A stretch of 64,000 nucleotides of DNA from Rotaria socialis (lineage: Eukaryota): the NCBI GenBank assembly GCA_905331295.1, contig CAJNYD010000418.1, forward strand, positions 1-64,000. The letters are read 5' to 3'. Position 1 is the first letter of the stretch, and the number at the start of each line of letters is the position of its first letter. Below the pieces are notes generated by a model. The model searched no databases and had not been told where the DNA came from. It saw only the letters and a program-made list of their open reading frames with translations. Made by a program: the position numbers and the translations under genes. Shown in pieces: positions 41,001-54,200 of the stretch.

Positions 41001-43555
41001 GCGCATTTTAATCGAATAACTACTCCAATATTGTAACAGATCGGTGTGTCATTGTTTCTATACGTCATTGATTATTTTCTACTAATCATTTTCAGCGATG
41101 ATTTATTTTGAAACTTTTCCAATGATTGAATACGTCCAGTATCACATCACTCTCTCAACAGATAGAATAATATAAGAATTCATAGTATGATATCTTCATT
41201 GATTATGTTTGTAATGAGAATTAGCATAGAAATATGCATGACTAGCTTTCATAATTTTTAACATTTTCTAAAATGATCTTAGTACTAAGCTCAACAATGT
41301 CGATAGATTTTGGCATGATCAGTGTTTTATCTAAGTTTCATTTTTCAGGTGGGCGGTTGAAATTTTTGGAGGGGCTACTGGCTAGAAAATTTGTTATCAT
41401 ATAGTAACGGGTGGCCCATAAAGAATGGCGGTCTCATTATTTACTCAAAATCGTTTTAGCTCTTCACTGATTTGAACTGAACATTTTCCCAAAAGATTGA
41501 GCATTCAATTCTCTACAAACTCACGTGTAAAAGATTTTTTAAACTACAAAATGACTAAGTACTAGAACGAAGAAAAAAGGTCGAAAAATCTTCAAATTCA
41601 AGCACTAAATCCGTTTTCTTTTGAAAATTTGCTTTCCATGTGAGGATCTACAAAATACTCAGTCTACCATGTTAAAGAGCATCAGATTCTGGGCAAGATT
41701 CATGTCTTCGACTTTTTTTTTTCATTATAAAATGAGTAAAAACTTCTGCATCAATTTTTTCGCTTTTTCTAAAAAACACAACTGTCATGTCATGTTTTTG
41801 ATGCTTGCACTAAAGCGCATGCCATTCGCTTAAAGTGTTATTTTTTGACGATTTTTTTTTCTTTGAACGCCAACATACTCGACTACACCCCTGTACATTT
41901 GCTCGAGTGATACGAAGTTTCGTTTGCAGTAGACTTTCTTGTAAACCGAAATTAAGGCGTTATGGACGAGCTTTCAGAAAATATCGATTTAACAGACGAA
42001 GACCACTTTTAAAGAAATTTTTTTCAAATACATCGAAAAGAGCGTACTTGAAAATACCAGAAAATGTTTCTCCCGTAACTTAAGCCTACGTATAAATTGT
42101 TGAAACATACTCCAAATGTTAATGTATGCTGAGCTTGAAAGTTGAAGATTTTTTAACCGTTTTTCTTTGTTCTAGTACTTAGTCGTTTTGTAGTTTTAAA
42201 AATTTTTTTACACATGAGTTTACAGAGAATTGAATGCTCAATCTTTTGGGAAAATGTTCAGTTCAAATCAATGAAGAGCAAACGCGATATTGAGTAAATA
42301 ATGAGACCACCATTCTTTATGGGCCACCCGTTACTTTTATGAAATCAACTGTTTATTTTCGGGTGGGCGCTGCTCATCCTGTCCATACAGTAGATAATTC
42401 ACTGGGCATGATACTTTCTTTCAAAAAAAACAATCATTCAAATGCTATTTTTGTAAATAGAGAGACACAAAACCTTCTTAGTAGAGTGTTACTATTGTTG
42501 GCAACTGAATATTAGTTTGAAGTGAGCTATATTTATCATTGCACTGTTAGAATAATTTAAATACTTACTATAGGAAGATCTTTGTTGATTATAACAACAA
42601 CATCACGTAAAAACGCTTGCTTATTTAGTTGAGGATAAATACCAAGTGCGCTAAGTTCTACAAGATAAAACAATGCTTTGGATCTTTTTTTTCTGTATGG
42701 AAACACTCTTAAATTTACCTTCATCATCAGCTAAATTCGATAAATTCAATTGAAATGTTTGTGCATTAAATCGACGATTACAAATATAGTCCTTAAATAT
42801 TGAATATAAAAAAGAATTAATTTTTTTAAATCTTTTTTTTTTGGCCATCTACTCGAAAATGTCGTTGCAAATCTTCATCTAGTGATGGCGCTGGACATGA
42901 TGCTTGACTGACCATTATACTGAGCTAGAAGAATAAATTTCTTCATAAATTTATAGTCCTTTTTTCCTAAAAATTGAACTCACCGTGCCAAAATTTTGTA
43001 TTTCAATTTTTCTATTAGCTCTTTTTAACATATCAGCATCTTGTTGACTATTGATAAAGAAAACGCCAGTATTTGTATCACTATCAATAAAATACTAGAA
43101 AGGAAAAGATGAAAATATTCAAAATCAAAATATTTTCTTTATTTGTTTACATGATAAGGTTGAAATTGTCGGGCACAATTAGCTTTCAGTGTTGATAGAA
43201 CACGTTCTTTTCCAATTGCACCAGCTTGTGGTATTGATATTCGCCACCATCGCATTTGATTATTATCACGATCATTCATTCGATTTGAATTAATTTGTAT
43301 AGGACGATGCGGACGATTAACAATACGTCCTCTTATAGCTGAACGTTGAGTACCAACTCCATCGGTTGTTAAATGGCGGCCAATTGATACAGTTATATTT
43401 TCAAGATCATCACCAGCTGTTGGACGGCGATTGGGCACTGGACGATTATTTCCTCGACCACGTTGATGATATTTTGATTGTGAATTAAATCGAGATGATG
43501 TTGGATCAGTGTGATGTCTACCACCTTCGCGAGCTGAATAATTTCGATATGACAT
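38032..43555 (-). CDS. NXF1: Nuclear RNA export factor 1 (TAP/Mex67), multi-exon
   Basis: Arg-rich N-terminus, RRM (WWRISIPQAG), LRRs (LNLSNL, LDLGSNNI, LFLKDNPL), STIQQKLPQLKRV|DDIELP, NTF2-like domain (FIDEYYRLFD..RSFQRTF) and TAP-C/UBA domain (FSQESGMNIEYSRLCLVENDWNY..IPPEAF). Confidence 0.92.
39362..40349 (-). promoter_or_regulatory. NXF1 cassette intron with long nested RNA structure (candidate CTE-like element)
   Basis: Lies between a 125-nt LRR exon (40350-40474) and an exon of exactly 37 nt (39325-39361). Multiple nested reverse-complementary segments are listed under findings. Function is inferred. Confidence 0.65.
40806..40969. mobile_element. Degenerate piggyBac-like MITE (164 bp) in an NXF1 intron
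   Basis: Ends CCCTTTACGGCCAGCT / AGCCGGCTGGAAAGAG (12/16), flanked by TTAG and TTAA. Internal palindrome TGTTGCCAAATGGCAACA. Confidence 0.5.
41320..42404. mobile_element. Small hAT-type MITE (about 158 bp of its own sequence) interrupted by a nested element
   Basis: TIRs CAGTGTTTTATCTA / TAGATAATTCACTG (12/14). Perfect 8-bp TSD GGCATGAT at 41312-41319 and 42405-42412. Confidence 0.85.
41407..42331. mobile_element. Tc1/mariner-like non-autonomous element with about 200-bp TIRs
   Basis: Ends ACGGGTGGCCCATAAAGAATGG.. / ..CCATTCTTTATGGGCCACCCGT, with inverted similarity continuing about 200 bp. TA flanks both sides (41405-41406 and 42332-42333); the empty site would be AGTACT. Confidence 0.85.
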
Positions 43556-44935
43556 TATTGTTATTTAATTAATATCTACAATACAAAAAAACAGTTGATA
43601 TATAAACACATGATGATGCACAGAGCATTGGTGAAGAAATAATTTTTTTTTACACTGCATATGTAAGATTGAATTCTAAGTATAGACTGAAATCTGCTAG
43701 ATTCCGAACTTTCAAACTCGAAATTTGTTCTTCCCAACGAAATTTTTCAATTGAGTCCTATGGTAGTATATGCTCTGTTTTTTTTTCTTCCGGCATAATA
43801 CAAGAAAAATCGGAATTAAAAAAGAGAAACGTAATATAATTGAAAAAATATAGAAAAAGCATAATTCGCTAATTTTTCCTTTTAAAAATAGGAAGTATAA
43901 TCTTGGAGAAAAAAACACGTGATGCAAACATCCAGCTATTCTGTTTTTTTGTCAAATTTAAAATAGACTGTACATTGAAACTAGCAAAGTATAGTAAAAT
44001 TTAGCTTCTATTTATTAAATTTACTTTACAAAACGTTGGTTATGAAAGCTTCTTCAATTTGATAAGTAACTGTTAGCATGAGTAGACTTTCAAGTATTTG
44101 CTTTCATAGTGCAGGGAAAAAAGATTGCGAATAATCATGTTTTTGTGCTTATATGTTCTATTTTTCATTTTTCATCAACAACCAATTGAATATTTCACAT
44201 TGACTCGTTGAATTTTGGGAAAAAATATTATTAATTGAAAGTAAAACCTTAATGTTAAGAATTGTTTTTGTTTCTTGAATTGAAAAAAAAAACGATATGC
44301 AAAACTCAAACAGCGCCATCTATTCTGAACGAAAATTAAATGAATCATCAGTCAAATCGATGAAAGAAAGAAAGATATTATTTTCTTTCGCGAGTTAAAG
44401 TTTAAATTCAAATAATCAAAATATTACTAAAATTTTTCATGATAATAAAAATAGTTTATGTGAAGAAATTATGAATAGAATTATTAGAGTTTCAGACGAT
44501 GCTAAATTTACAGTTGCATGCTTTACAGAAATTAATGAGCCAAATAGAAGTTTTTATCAAAACTTATAGTTATGTGGGTTTTGTTTCGTTAGTAATTGTT
44601 AAGCATGTATTTTTTTTCATCAACAAACGAGAATCAATTGTGAAGACTACTGCGTATACATTTTCAATTCAAATTAAGTTCAGTTTATAAGACAAAAAAT
44701 ACAGAATGAACGAAACATAGGAGGCATACTTTTTCGTTTATAGACTTTACAATAAATTTCTCTTACGTTCATATTAAATTGCACTTAGTCTATTTCATCT
44801 ATAGATATGAACAATTACTTTAGCACTATTATCTTGTTCGTTCGGTATTTTTCACCCTGGCGAATATTTGTCATGTATACAACAAATATATATTCAATGC
44901 TACAAAATGAAAATGAACCAGAACGAAAAAAAATA

Positions 44936-45007
44936 TGCCTCCACGCAGGATCGAACTACGGACCTCCAGTTTACAAGACTGGCGCTCTACCACTGAGCTA
45001 TAGAGGC
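44936..45007 (-). tRNA. tRNA-Thr (anticodon TGT)
   Basis: GCCTCTATAGCTCAGTGGTAGAGCGCCAGTCTTGTAAACTGGAGGTCCGTAGTTCGATCCTGCGTGGAGGCA folds into a cloverleaf with A and B boxes and anticodon stem CCAGT/ACTGG. An oligo-T Pol III terminator follows. Confidence 0.96.
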
Positions 45008-45533
45008 TTATTGACCTCCTTAGCACAAATTATTAAATTATGTTCAATATATTTTATTTACTTGCTAATATTTAGATTATCTAGCAAGAAAGATTAACTT
45101 TGGTTAACGACAAAGTTGATATACTGAAAATAAAATTATCGTGATCAATAGAAGCATTAACTATCAAAAGGTTATTATTCATTTTTATCAAAGATTTCAA
45201 CAAGAAAACCCATGAAGTTCAAGAATCCTTTTCAAAAACGACTCCTAAGAAAATATTATACAGTTAAATGATTACTTTATTTATGCGCTAAAATCTAATA
45301 AGTAATCTATTGAAAATACAATAAGAAGTCTTTCGTTGGATAGTAAAAACAAATAGCCATTGAACAGATGTATGGACACTCGTAATTTGCGATTGATTAA
45401 TGATATAAATGAGCTAAGGAATTTGAAATAAAATTTGAAAAATGACGACAAAATTGACCGTAGTAGAGAATACTACAGAAAATAATTTTTAAAAACAAAA
45501 TATTTTAATCTGTAGATTTTTATTTTGAATCTC

Positions 45534-46456
45534 TTAAAATTCCCAACTAATTGCAACGCATAAAATTTCTGCATAATCCTGTTCATTTGCTTTGACATAT
45601 ATATCATATTGTCCTGCAGGTGCTACTTCAGGTATTGTAGCATTAAATATAATCATTCTCAATGAGCCAGGCGAAGTAGGTAATCAATTCCGAGGTCGCT
45701 CAATGGTCCCAATATTGATGGCAAAGAATATTTTCGATAAACAATTGTCTTGCTATAATTACCACGTATAAATGTTTCTTTCGCCACACCTGATACAGAT
45801 ACTGTTAATAGTTCGTTTCGTTTAGGTGGCCATATATTTGCTTCAACCTTTTCAATTGATAACTGATCGGTCTATGTAGTGCAATTGACCCATTCCAAAG
45901 GAATATCGGCAGCTAAATAAAAAATATCATACATATTTTATTTGTCTCTGAACTTTATATGCAACAGAAATAAATTCTGAAAAAGCTTTTTCAAAAATGG
46001 GATCAGAACCCAAAAAAAAAATTTTTTTTTGACGAGACTGGTACCCGGGAATAAAAAGCAGCGTTGTTTCACAATTATTCAATGGTTAAAAAACGATCAT
46101 TTTTGATACATTGAGTATCTAAGTGTAACGAAGAATGTGAAGGTATCAATAATATCGACATCAAATAATGATTCTTTTCCAATCTTTATAAATCAATAAA
46201 AGTTATAATATCTTGCCCGTTCAAGAGCAAATATCATGAGACTAACGATCGTTGACTCTTTACTAGTAGTAGTATTCATTTTTGTTTTTGAATGTCCCAC
46301 AACTTTAAATATATTTTCATTAGTCTTACTTGTCAATGGTAGTAACAGACAAAAAATAATTAATAACGTATTGTTTCTCTCTATATAATGAAAGAGTAAT
46401 TAACTTGTCTAACTTTTACTTTCACACAAAACAATACCAGATGTATTTATTCTCAT
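45534..46456 (-). pseudogene. ML-domain (NPC2 / PG-PI transfer protein-like) pseudogene
   Basis: Last exon reads EWVNCTT*TDQLSIEKVEANIWPPKRNELLTVSVSGVAKETF..LGID/PTSPG..IPEVAPAGQYDIYVKANEQDYAEILCVAISWEF*, with a TAG at 45872-45874 and a 1-nt frameshift near 45682. Upstream putative exons include a hydrophobic signal-like stretch (LLIIFCLLLPLT) and further in-frame TGA and TAA stops. Confidence 0.7.
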
Positions 46457-48429
46457 GCACACACATCAATTCGTAATATTTATTCTTCTCAAATATAGCA
46501 ATGCTTTCGAAAATATAGATCAAGTATGAATGAAATATACTGGAGTGAAGAAATCATCTAATGATATAAAGATCATTTAGAAAATCGAATCGTTCCATCT
46601 TCAATAAAATATGAATTAAGGCCGTCATATGATCATTGATGAAAATCACGTACACAATGTAAAGTCGTCGATATTTCAGGAGCTTGTTATATTTTATTGT
46701 CGATTTATTCGGAAGTTTTCATAGAACCAGATTCTGATTGCCAAGCGAATGATAGGAGTTTTGAGCAAAAACTATTACGATTTAATTATCTTTGCCGACA
46801 GTACCAGTAATTATTATTGAAAACTAAGCTTGTTTCATGAGATAATTTGTATCAACTTGAGAATGTATTTCACAAGAATTACAATACTGAATTCATATTG
46901 CTTAAACTAAATGATATATATGCTATAGAATGCATGAATTGTTAATTTATGATAAGCATTAACGAATTTAAAAACTATCTGTCTTTCGAAGTTTCTATTC
47001 ATCATCAGTTAAAATTTTAAGATAAAAGGTGAATAATGTTGTTTGATAGCATCAATTAGCTAATGTACACGATGCAGAATGTGTGAAGTTTTAATCAGTT
47101 TTACAACAACAAAACCGATTTACTAGAGATACGATACAAAATAAACAAGCCTGAGTTTATTTATTTATTTCTACTCTATCATTGTATACACAACCTGAAT
47201 CTGAAATCAATTGAACAAGTAGACATTTCTTCTTCACGATAAATTTCAGAATTTATATGCCGTTGATAGTCAGACATTTGCAACGCTAGTTTAAGTTTAA
47301 AATATGTTTTTCATCATTGAAACAAGTAGAATTATGAATAGTTTCGGTAAAAATTGAATGTCATCCTTATGATATATTGTTTCTATTCTAATATGATCAC
47401 TTTTTATCTGAAATACGAATGATCACTTGAAAGAACTAAAAATACATTTCATATTTTTGGTATGAAACTAATAAACAAACGATTTATTCGCATTTGAAAA
47501 TTGTAAAAAGCAAATTGAATTTTTCTCTAGAAAACCTAATAACGTCCAATTTGAAAATAACTGCAAAATCTATTTCTCTCAGAGAATATTGATTGATTAT
47601 AGAATTTTCGAAGAAACTATGAATAATTAACAAACTATACGATACTTCTCAGTTCAATAGTAGTCAAGGCGATGTTGAAAAAAGAGAGCTATGAAATTAT
47701 TTTTCATTTAAGGATTTGGATTTTTCTCATGATAATTAACAAAACCAGTCAAAGTTCAAAAAAAATCAAATCTTTTTCAAATTGGTAAGGCTGTTTTCTG
47801 AGCCTGAAGAAAATTTAATAAACGAGCCCAACCGAATATGATGACGAGCTGTCGAATGATTTCAACTGTACAGTATTTTTATGAATCATATAAAGATAAT
47901 AATTAAATAGCAACGTAAAATCATAAAATAATATCCAGATATATTCATTATGATGCAAATGACTTGTACACTATTGTGAAAATTCACATTTAAAGAAATT
48001 CTCCGCGTTTCAGTTTATTGAGCTATTTCGTTCAAGCATTTTGGTTGTTATTTGTTTATCCTGTTCGTTCCGCTTTTTCTTCTTAACTGCTCGTCCTATG
48101 CCATCGTATATCTCATCATGAAACAGATGTTCTTGCGTTCATTTGCTGATATTTTTTTCTTTTCTCCACGTATATTATAACGAAGAGAAATATCTATCAT
48201 ATATTCTCTGTACGCTCGATTATAGTGGTTATATCTCAGTGTCAGAAGCATATTGACGAGTGCGAATCATACGTTTCTCCCTACTTATTCTACCAATATT
48301 GTAGTACATCGGTCAAAGAACAGTTAGCAGGCATACTAAGCGTCATAGAAAAAAAGATCGTATACATGCCTCCATCAGGAATAACAATATTGCTATTATT
48401 TTCTTTTCAGATTCTTTTTTTGTTTTAAA

Positions 48430-50301
48430 ATGAAAAATCAACTGGTTTTCATATTAGTATTCTTCTTTTTTCTAATTACTTTTATTCATGCGAAAAAATA
48501 TCATTTATTTGGAGAAAACGAATCATCAACGGTTTCTTCTACAAATGATCAACGCTTATTAGTTGATATTGATATTTATAATCGTGCATATGCATTACCT
48601 TATTTTCTTCGTCAATTGGAACAATTTACTTGTCCATGTAGCCAATGTTATTTAGATTTCCATCTTTACCGTGTATTTAATACAACAATCGAAAATGAAA
48701 CTAGTCGATTATTACATGAATGGGTATCAGCTATGAAAAAATCGGATCAATTCGTTTTTACAACTATCACGATTCATGAATGGACAGCACAATCAAAAGA
48801 TGATCGCGCAAATCGACTATCTGATGCAATGAAACGTTCATCTGTACTCGATGTAACATACCTTGCTATGTTTGATTCAATGATTATTTTATTAGAACCT
48901 GAAAAGATTTTATCAATATTAATATCTAAAGATAAACCCTTAATGACGCCATTATTGCGTTCGACAAAAAATATGTATACATCAACATTCTATTTAAATG
49001 ATCAAGAAGCAAGTGGATTTGACACTTATAAAAAAATTTATGATCGTAAAAGATTGGGCTGTTTTTCTATTAATGGTGGCATTAAAGATTTTTATTTTTT
49101 TAATTTTAATCATCCAAAAATGCGAAATGTCTTTTTAATAAATAGAAATTCTAAAGAAATTCAACAACATTATGGTATCTATTTTCATTAATATTCTTTT
49201 ATTATATGTGTGTTTTCGTAATTTTCTGAAATTTTAGCTATTGATGTTATTGCAAGAGAAAATTCAATACCTTCATATGTATGTAATCGTGAAGTATTTG
49301 GTTATATACCTGCACAATTTAGTGAAACACTTCATGATGAAGCAATTATATATGATCTATATATCCATACGTTAATTGAACATCAATTGAATGGCCCATC
49401 ACAAACATATTTACCACCAATATCGCGAACATCATTGATTCATGTACCATTATCAAAAGAAAAAACAAAATTTGGTTTAGATGAAATTTATGTAATTAAT
49501 CTTGTACGTCGTACAGATCGTCGTGAACGTTTACAAGCAACATTTGATATACTTAATATGTCAGTACGATTTTTTGATGCTGTTGATGGAAAATATACAA
49601 TTGATCAAGCATATTTAGAACGTCTTAATGTTCGTCTATTACCAAATTATGAAGATCCATATAATCAACGACCAATGAATTATGGAGAATTAGGTTGTTT
49701 TTTTTCGCATTATTTTATTTGGCAAGATATGATTAAAAATGAATATTCAAATGGCATTTTAATTCTTGAAGATGATGTTCGATTTGATGTTTATTTTAAA
49801 TATAAATTAGAAAAAATTTTATCAAATTCTTCATTAGATTGGGATATTTTATTTCTTGGACGAAAAATTATGCGACCCAATGAAGAAAATTATGAAAATA
49901 CAATCGAAACATTTCTTATTGAGCCATCGTATTCGCATTGGACTGTTGGTTATGCACTTTCATTACGTGGTGCACGAATGCTCATTGATGAAAATCCTAT
50001 TCAAAAAATTTTACCTGTTGATGAATTTTTACCAATTATGTATGACCATCATCCGAATTCAAGTTGGAAAAGTCATTTTACCAATCGAAAACTTAAAGCA
50101 TATGCATTTCATCCATCAATTCTAACGCCAACACATTATTTTGGTGAACCAAATTATGTATCTGATACAGAAAATACACAAATTCTTGAACAAAATGATG
50201 GAAAAACTTCTCTACCGGCACCAGAATTAGTGAGCGTTGATGTAGCTGCCACACAAAAGCGACTTGAAGACAATGCACGGATGCAAAAAGATGAATTATA
50301 A
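48430..50301 (+). CDS. COLGALT1: Procollagen galactosyltransferase-like (GT25), 2 coding exons, ER-retained
   Basis: Signal peptide; YNRAYALPYFL; IYVINLVRRTDRRERL; FDAVDG; GELGCFFSHY; ILEDD; LPVDEFLP; SDTE; C-terminal KDEL. One intron at about 49174-49237. Confidence 0.88.
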
Positions 50302-50389
50302 TAGTAAACAATCAAGTTATTTATTTCTACTCAATTCGTCTTTTTTGATTTTTTATCTCATAATTATTGAATTCAAAAAATAATCTTTG

Positions 50390-50425
50390 GTGTGTGTGTG
50401 TGTGTGTGTGCGTGTGTGCGTGTGT
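50390..50425. repeat. (TG)n microsatellite
   Basis: Run of TG with two CG interruptions, downstream of the GT25 stop. Confidence 0.9.
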
Positions 50426-51234
50426 TAATTATATTTCAACAGTTTGATTCGTGCATTATACATGAAACTAAACGCTTAACATCTAAATTAAATGAAATAA
50501 GACTTGTTTGACGATATAAGGATTAATTCTCCATTTATTATTCAGATTATATCTTTTTGGTTTTCAATGAGCAACAAACTTCTAAAAAAAGACTTGGACT
50601 ATGATCATTAAGTATGATTGAAATTTCTTTAGTTTGATTTCTATGAAGTTTTTTTAATCATTTTATATATGGAATCATTGACAAGCGATACTTAAAGAAT
50701 ATATAATCATTTTGCCATATCTTCCATGAAATAAATGATGACGTTCTAGTTTCATTAGCTAGAGTAATATTTTTCTCGTTAAAATTCATTTCAAATAGAT
50801 AAAAATCTAGTAGCAAAATCTGTATGAGATTAAAACTTTCATATCAATATCGCTGACAATATCTTTAGAAGGAGAGTTTCATATTTATTTTTTACTATCA
50901 CACTTTAATACTCTTTTGACATCGTCTCTTACACTATTTTAGAACAAAGTAAAATATTTCAAAAATGTTTCTATTCAACTGACTCTCTCTTTTGAAGATT
51001 ACTTCATTTTTGGTATGTAAGAGTTCTTTAAAATTTATAGTTGCTAGATTTTTTTCTTTAAACAACATTAGTTTGCCAATAATAGATTTTAGAAATTCTT
51101 AGTGTTTTCTTTTTATCTGAATTATTCGAAAACAGATGATTTAATATGAATGATAATAATGTTAAAAGAAATATTTGCAAGTTAAAAAAATAATATTTTC
51201 ATAAAAAAATGAATCAAAATATGAGCAAAAAGAA

Positions 51235-54200
51235 TTATTTGGCACTTGAACAACTACGTTGGCGAAGTCGATGATTAAAAATATTTGTTGATGATGTCGA
51301 ATATTGATTGAATTCAATATTTACTCGGCTAATGTTTTCTGTTCCTAAAGAAGGCGAAGATAATAATGATTGTCGGCGAAATCGCCGTTGATCTACATCC
51401 TGTGATAATGATAGATTTGCTTGTGGATTTGGTAAAATCTGAGAGTTAATAGCACGAAGTTGTGAAAATTTCATAGACATTGGTGCAATTAATGGACGAA
51501 GAGGCGCGCGCATATGAAAACGTCGCACTTGTTGATTGAGATCGGTATGAGTTGATGTTCGTACTTGATAAGGCACTATTGTTAAACCCATATTAGCAGA
51601 AGGTAAAGGCGAACCAGTGGCAGGAGGAATATTCTTCCTTGACTTTCGAACAGCAGCAGATGAAGGACTAAATTAGAAGAGAAAAGTCTACTTGTATATG
51701 CACGATAAAATAAAAATATGAAACATGGCTCAATTCTTCTTGCTAGCTAATAGAAAAACATCTTTCATAAAATAGTTCAATGCAATCCTATTTATAGATT
51801 ATTTTGTTCGGTATTGAAATGATTCTATTTCTCAACGTGAAACTATCATTGAATTTACATATTCATATATTAAATCAATATTAATCTATTCTAAATATCT
51901 TGAAAAACTCAGCTCGATATATGCTTCTGCTATCTAGAAATATTAGAAGATCGAACACTGTTCTCGATAGCGAAAAATTGTATTTCATCAAGCAATCTTT
52001 GAACGATGAAGATCTCTAGGAAATTTAAGACTTATTCTGATGTGAACGACAACGAATATTGAACTTGATAGTAAAATAAAAGGCTTTATTTAAAAATACG
52101 AGAAATTTCCCATCAAATTAGTTTTAAGAAGTACCTTTGATGAATTTCAAAATTGCTAAAAATTTTGCTACCCTCCGAATTCTTTGACATAAAGTCTTCC
52201 TGAACTTTTTTCGATTTTTCTGTTATAAGATTATTCGTCGATGCCATCATTATCTAGTTTAATAATAAGTTTTAAATCGGTTTCAACTCAAAGCGTTTAC
52301 ATTTTTACAATTCTTTTTCATCAAAGTACAGATTTAGAAAAAAATGGTTTTGTAGAGATTCAAAATCCAACGAAAAATAATTATGTCAAACTTTGACAAA
52401 TATATGCTCTACACTCCATAATCTCGTCAACTTATCACTAAATTAAAACGATATTATCGTAGAGTTTTTTTTAATTTATAAGTTTTCTTTTGTTCAGTTG
52501 CAAGATTCATGTTTAATTTCAGATCTAAGTCAATCATAATATGATATTTATGTTTGCTAAGATAACCAAAGAAAATTCTTTTTAAAAACTAATGACATAA
52601 GTTTCGACCTTGTAAACCAAATAGAAAAGAAAATTTCTGCCTTATAATTTAACACTCTTATTAGTTTATGCTTTAGAAATATTTGTATGCAATTAAATTA
52701 AACAATTCACCGTTTTATTTCTCGATGTTCATTTGCCACATCAACATTCCAGACAAGTTGTCCATCTATTGGACTAAAGACAGAAATGATAGCTATTATT
52801 TCTAACTATTAAATAAATTTTACTGACCAAGTGCAATGACTATGTAAAAGCCATCCATCTAAACAAAAACCGTGCAATATACTTTTTTTTGTAAAAGGAA
52901 AATTTCTTTCTCTTGTCTCATTACCTATACAATCAATATGAAATTTATGTCGACATGGTAAACGTCTAACGCGTTCACCTTTTTGATATAATCGCAAACA
53001 TAAACGGCATTGTTCACCATTTTGCAACAACTGACTATGTTCATTTATACGTTCAGTTGGCATTGATTTTACGACATTCTCTGGTACACCCATAATGGCA
53101 GCATTTTGAGCACTTTCGTAAAAAAAAGAAGCAGAATTCAATACAAGAAAATACTTTGAATTTTTAATTACTTTTCAAGTTGAAGTAAAACTTCATAATC
53201 ATTTTCATTTATATCTCGATTGGCTAATACTCGATGAAGTGCATTGGGTAGTGCTGCTAAATGTTCACGTGTTGCTATTTTCCAGTGTTGAAAGGATTTC
53301 TACGAAAAAATCGATGTATGAGTTACTTTATTTTTGAACTTAATTTACTTCTCGATAATCAAAACTATGTTCATTATGTATATTTAAATTAAAACATGTT
53401 TGACATAGAAAATAATCTTGACATGTTGTACATTTATAACATTTGCCAGTGATTGGACATGCATGACATCGATGACATGAATGACCTAAATGAATCGATG
53501 CTCTTTCAGCTTGTTGAGCACCAATTGTTCTGAAAAAAATTCGTTTATAAAACTTGATTATAAAAAAAGAATAACAGAAATTTTCTTACTGAAATTCTAG
53601 TTTCAATTGTTCCGGAGTACCAAATGTTTCTCGACATAACGGACATTTGATTAGTTTTTCTCCTGTTGATACTTGATGATCAAGCCAAATTTTCATACAT
53701 TTAACATGAACATTATTACCACAACCACGTCTAAAAATTACCAATTACCTATTTGAATAGTATTACCAGTTTTATATTTTAACTAACCGACAATGAGTAA
53801 CAGGCAATTTTTTATTTAGTAACTCTTCTTGACATATGGGACACACATCATTTTCACTTATTGGACGCTGTTCAACTTGACGACCAGCATCGTTTTCATC
53901 TTCATCCTATTATAACACGACAGATGGTAATTTAAAACAAAATCCAGTAGTTATTTATTGTTAAGAAATGATGACAGTAAAATTTAGTTAAATATTAGTT
54001 TTTATGATCTAAATTTTAAAACCGATCAAAACATCGAGAATTTTTAATGAAAAGCTATCTAAGAATTCGCAGTATGAGATCAATAACTTCTAATTAGCTA
54101 AATGTTAAAATGCAAATGTTACACCCTTATATAGATTCTCAATGAGACAAATGCCCGTTTTTTTTCCATGTTATTGGCAGTCTATATTCAAAACAATCGA

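Noticed and set aside
41621..42083. Short ORFs inside the long-TIR element as a transposase
   Set aside because: No DDE or HTH motifs; the element is non-autonomous.
45534..46260. Stop-codon read-through or selenocysteine recoding in the ML gene
   Set aside because: Lesions include TAG, TAA, TGA and a frameshift, which fits pseudogenisation.
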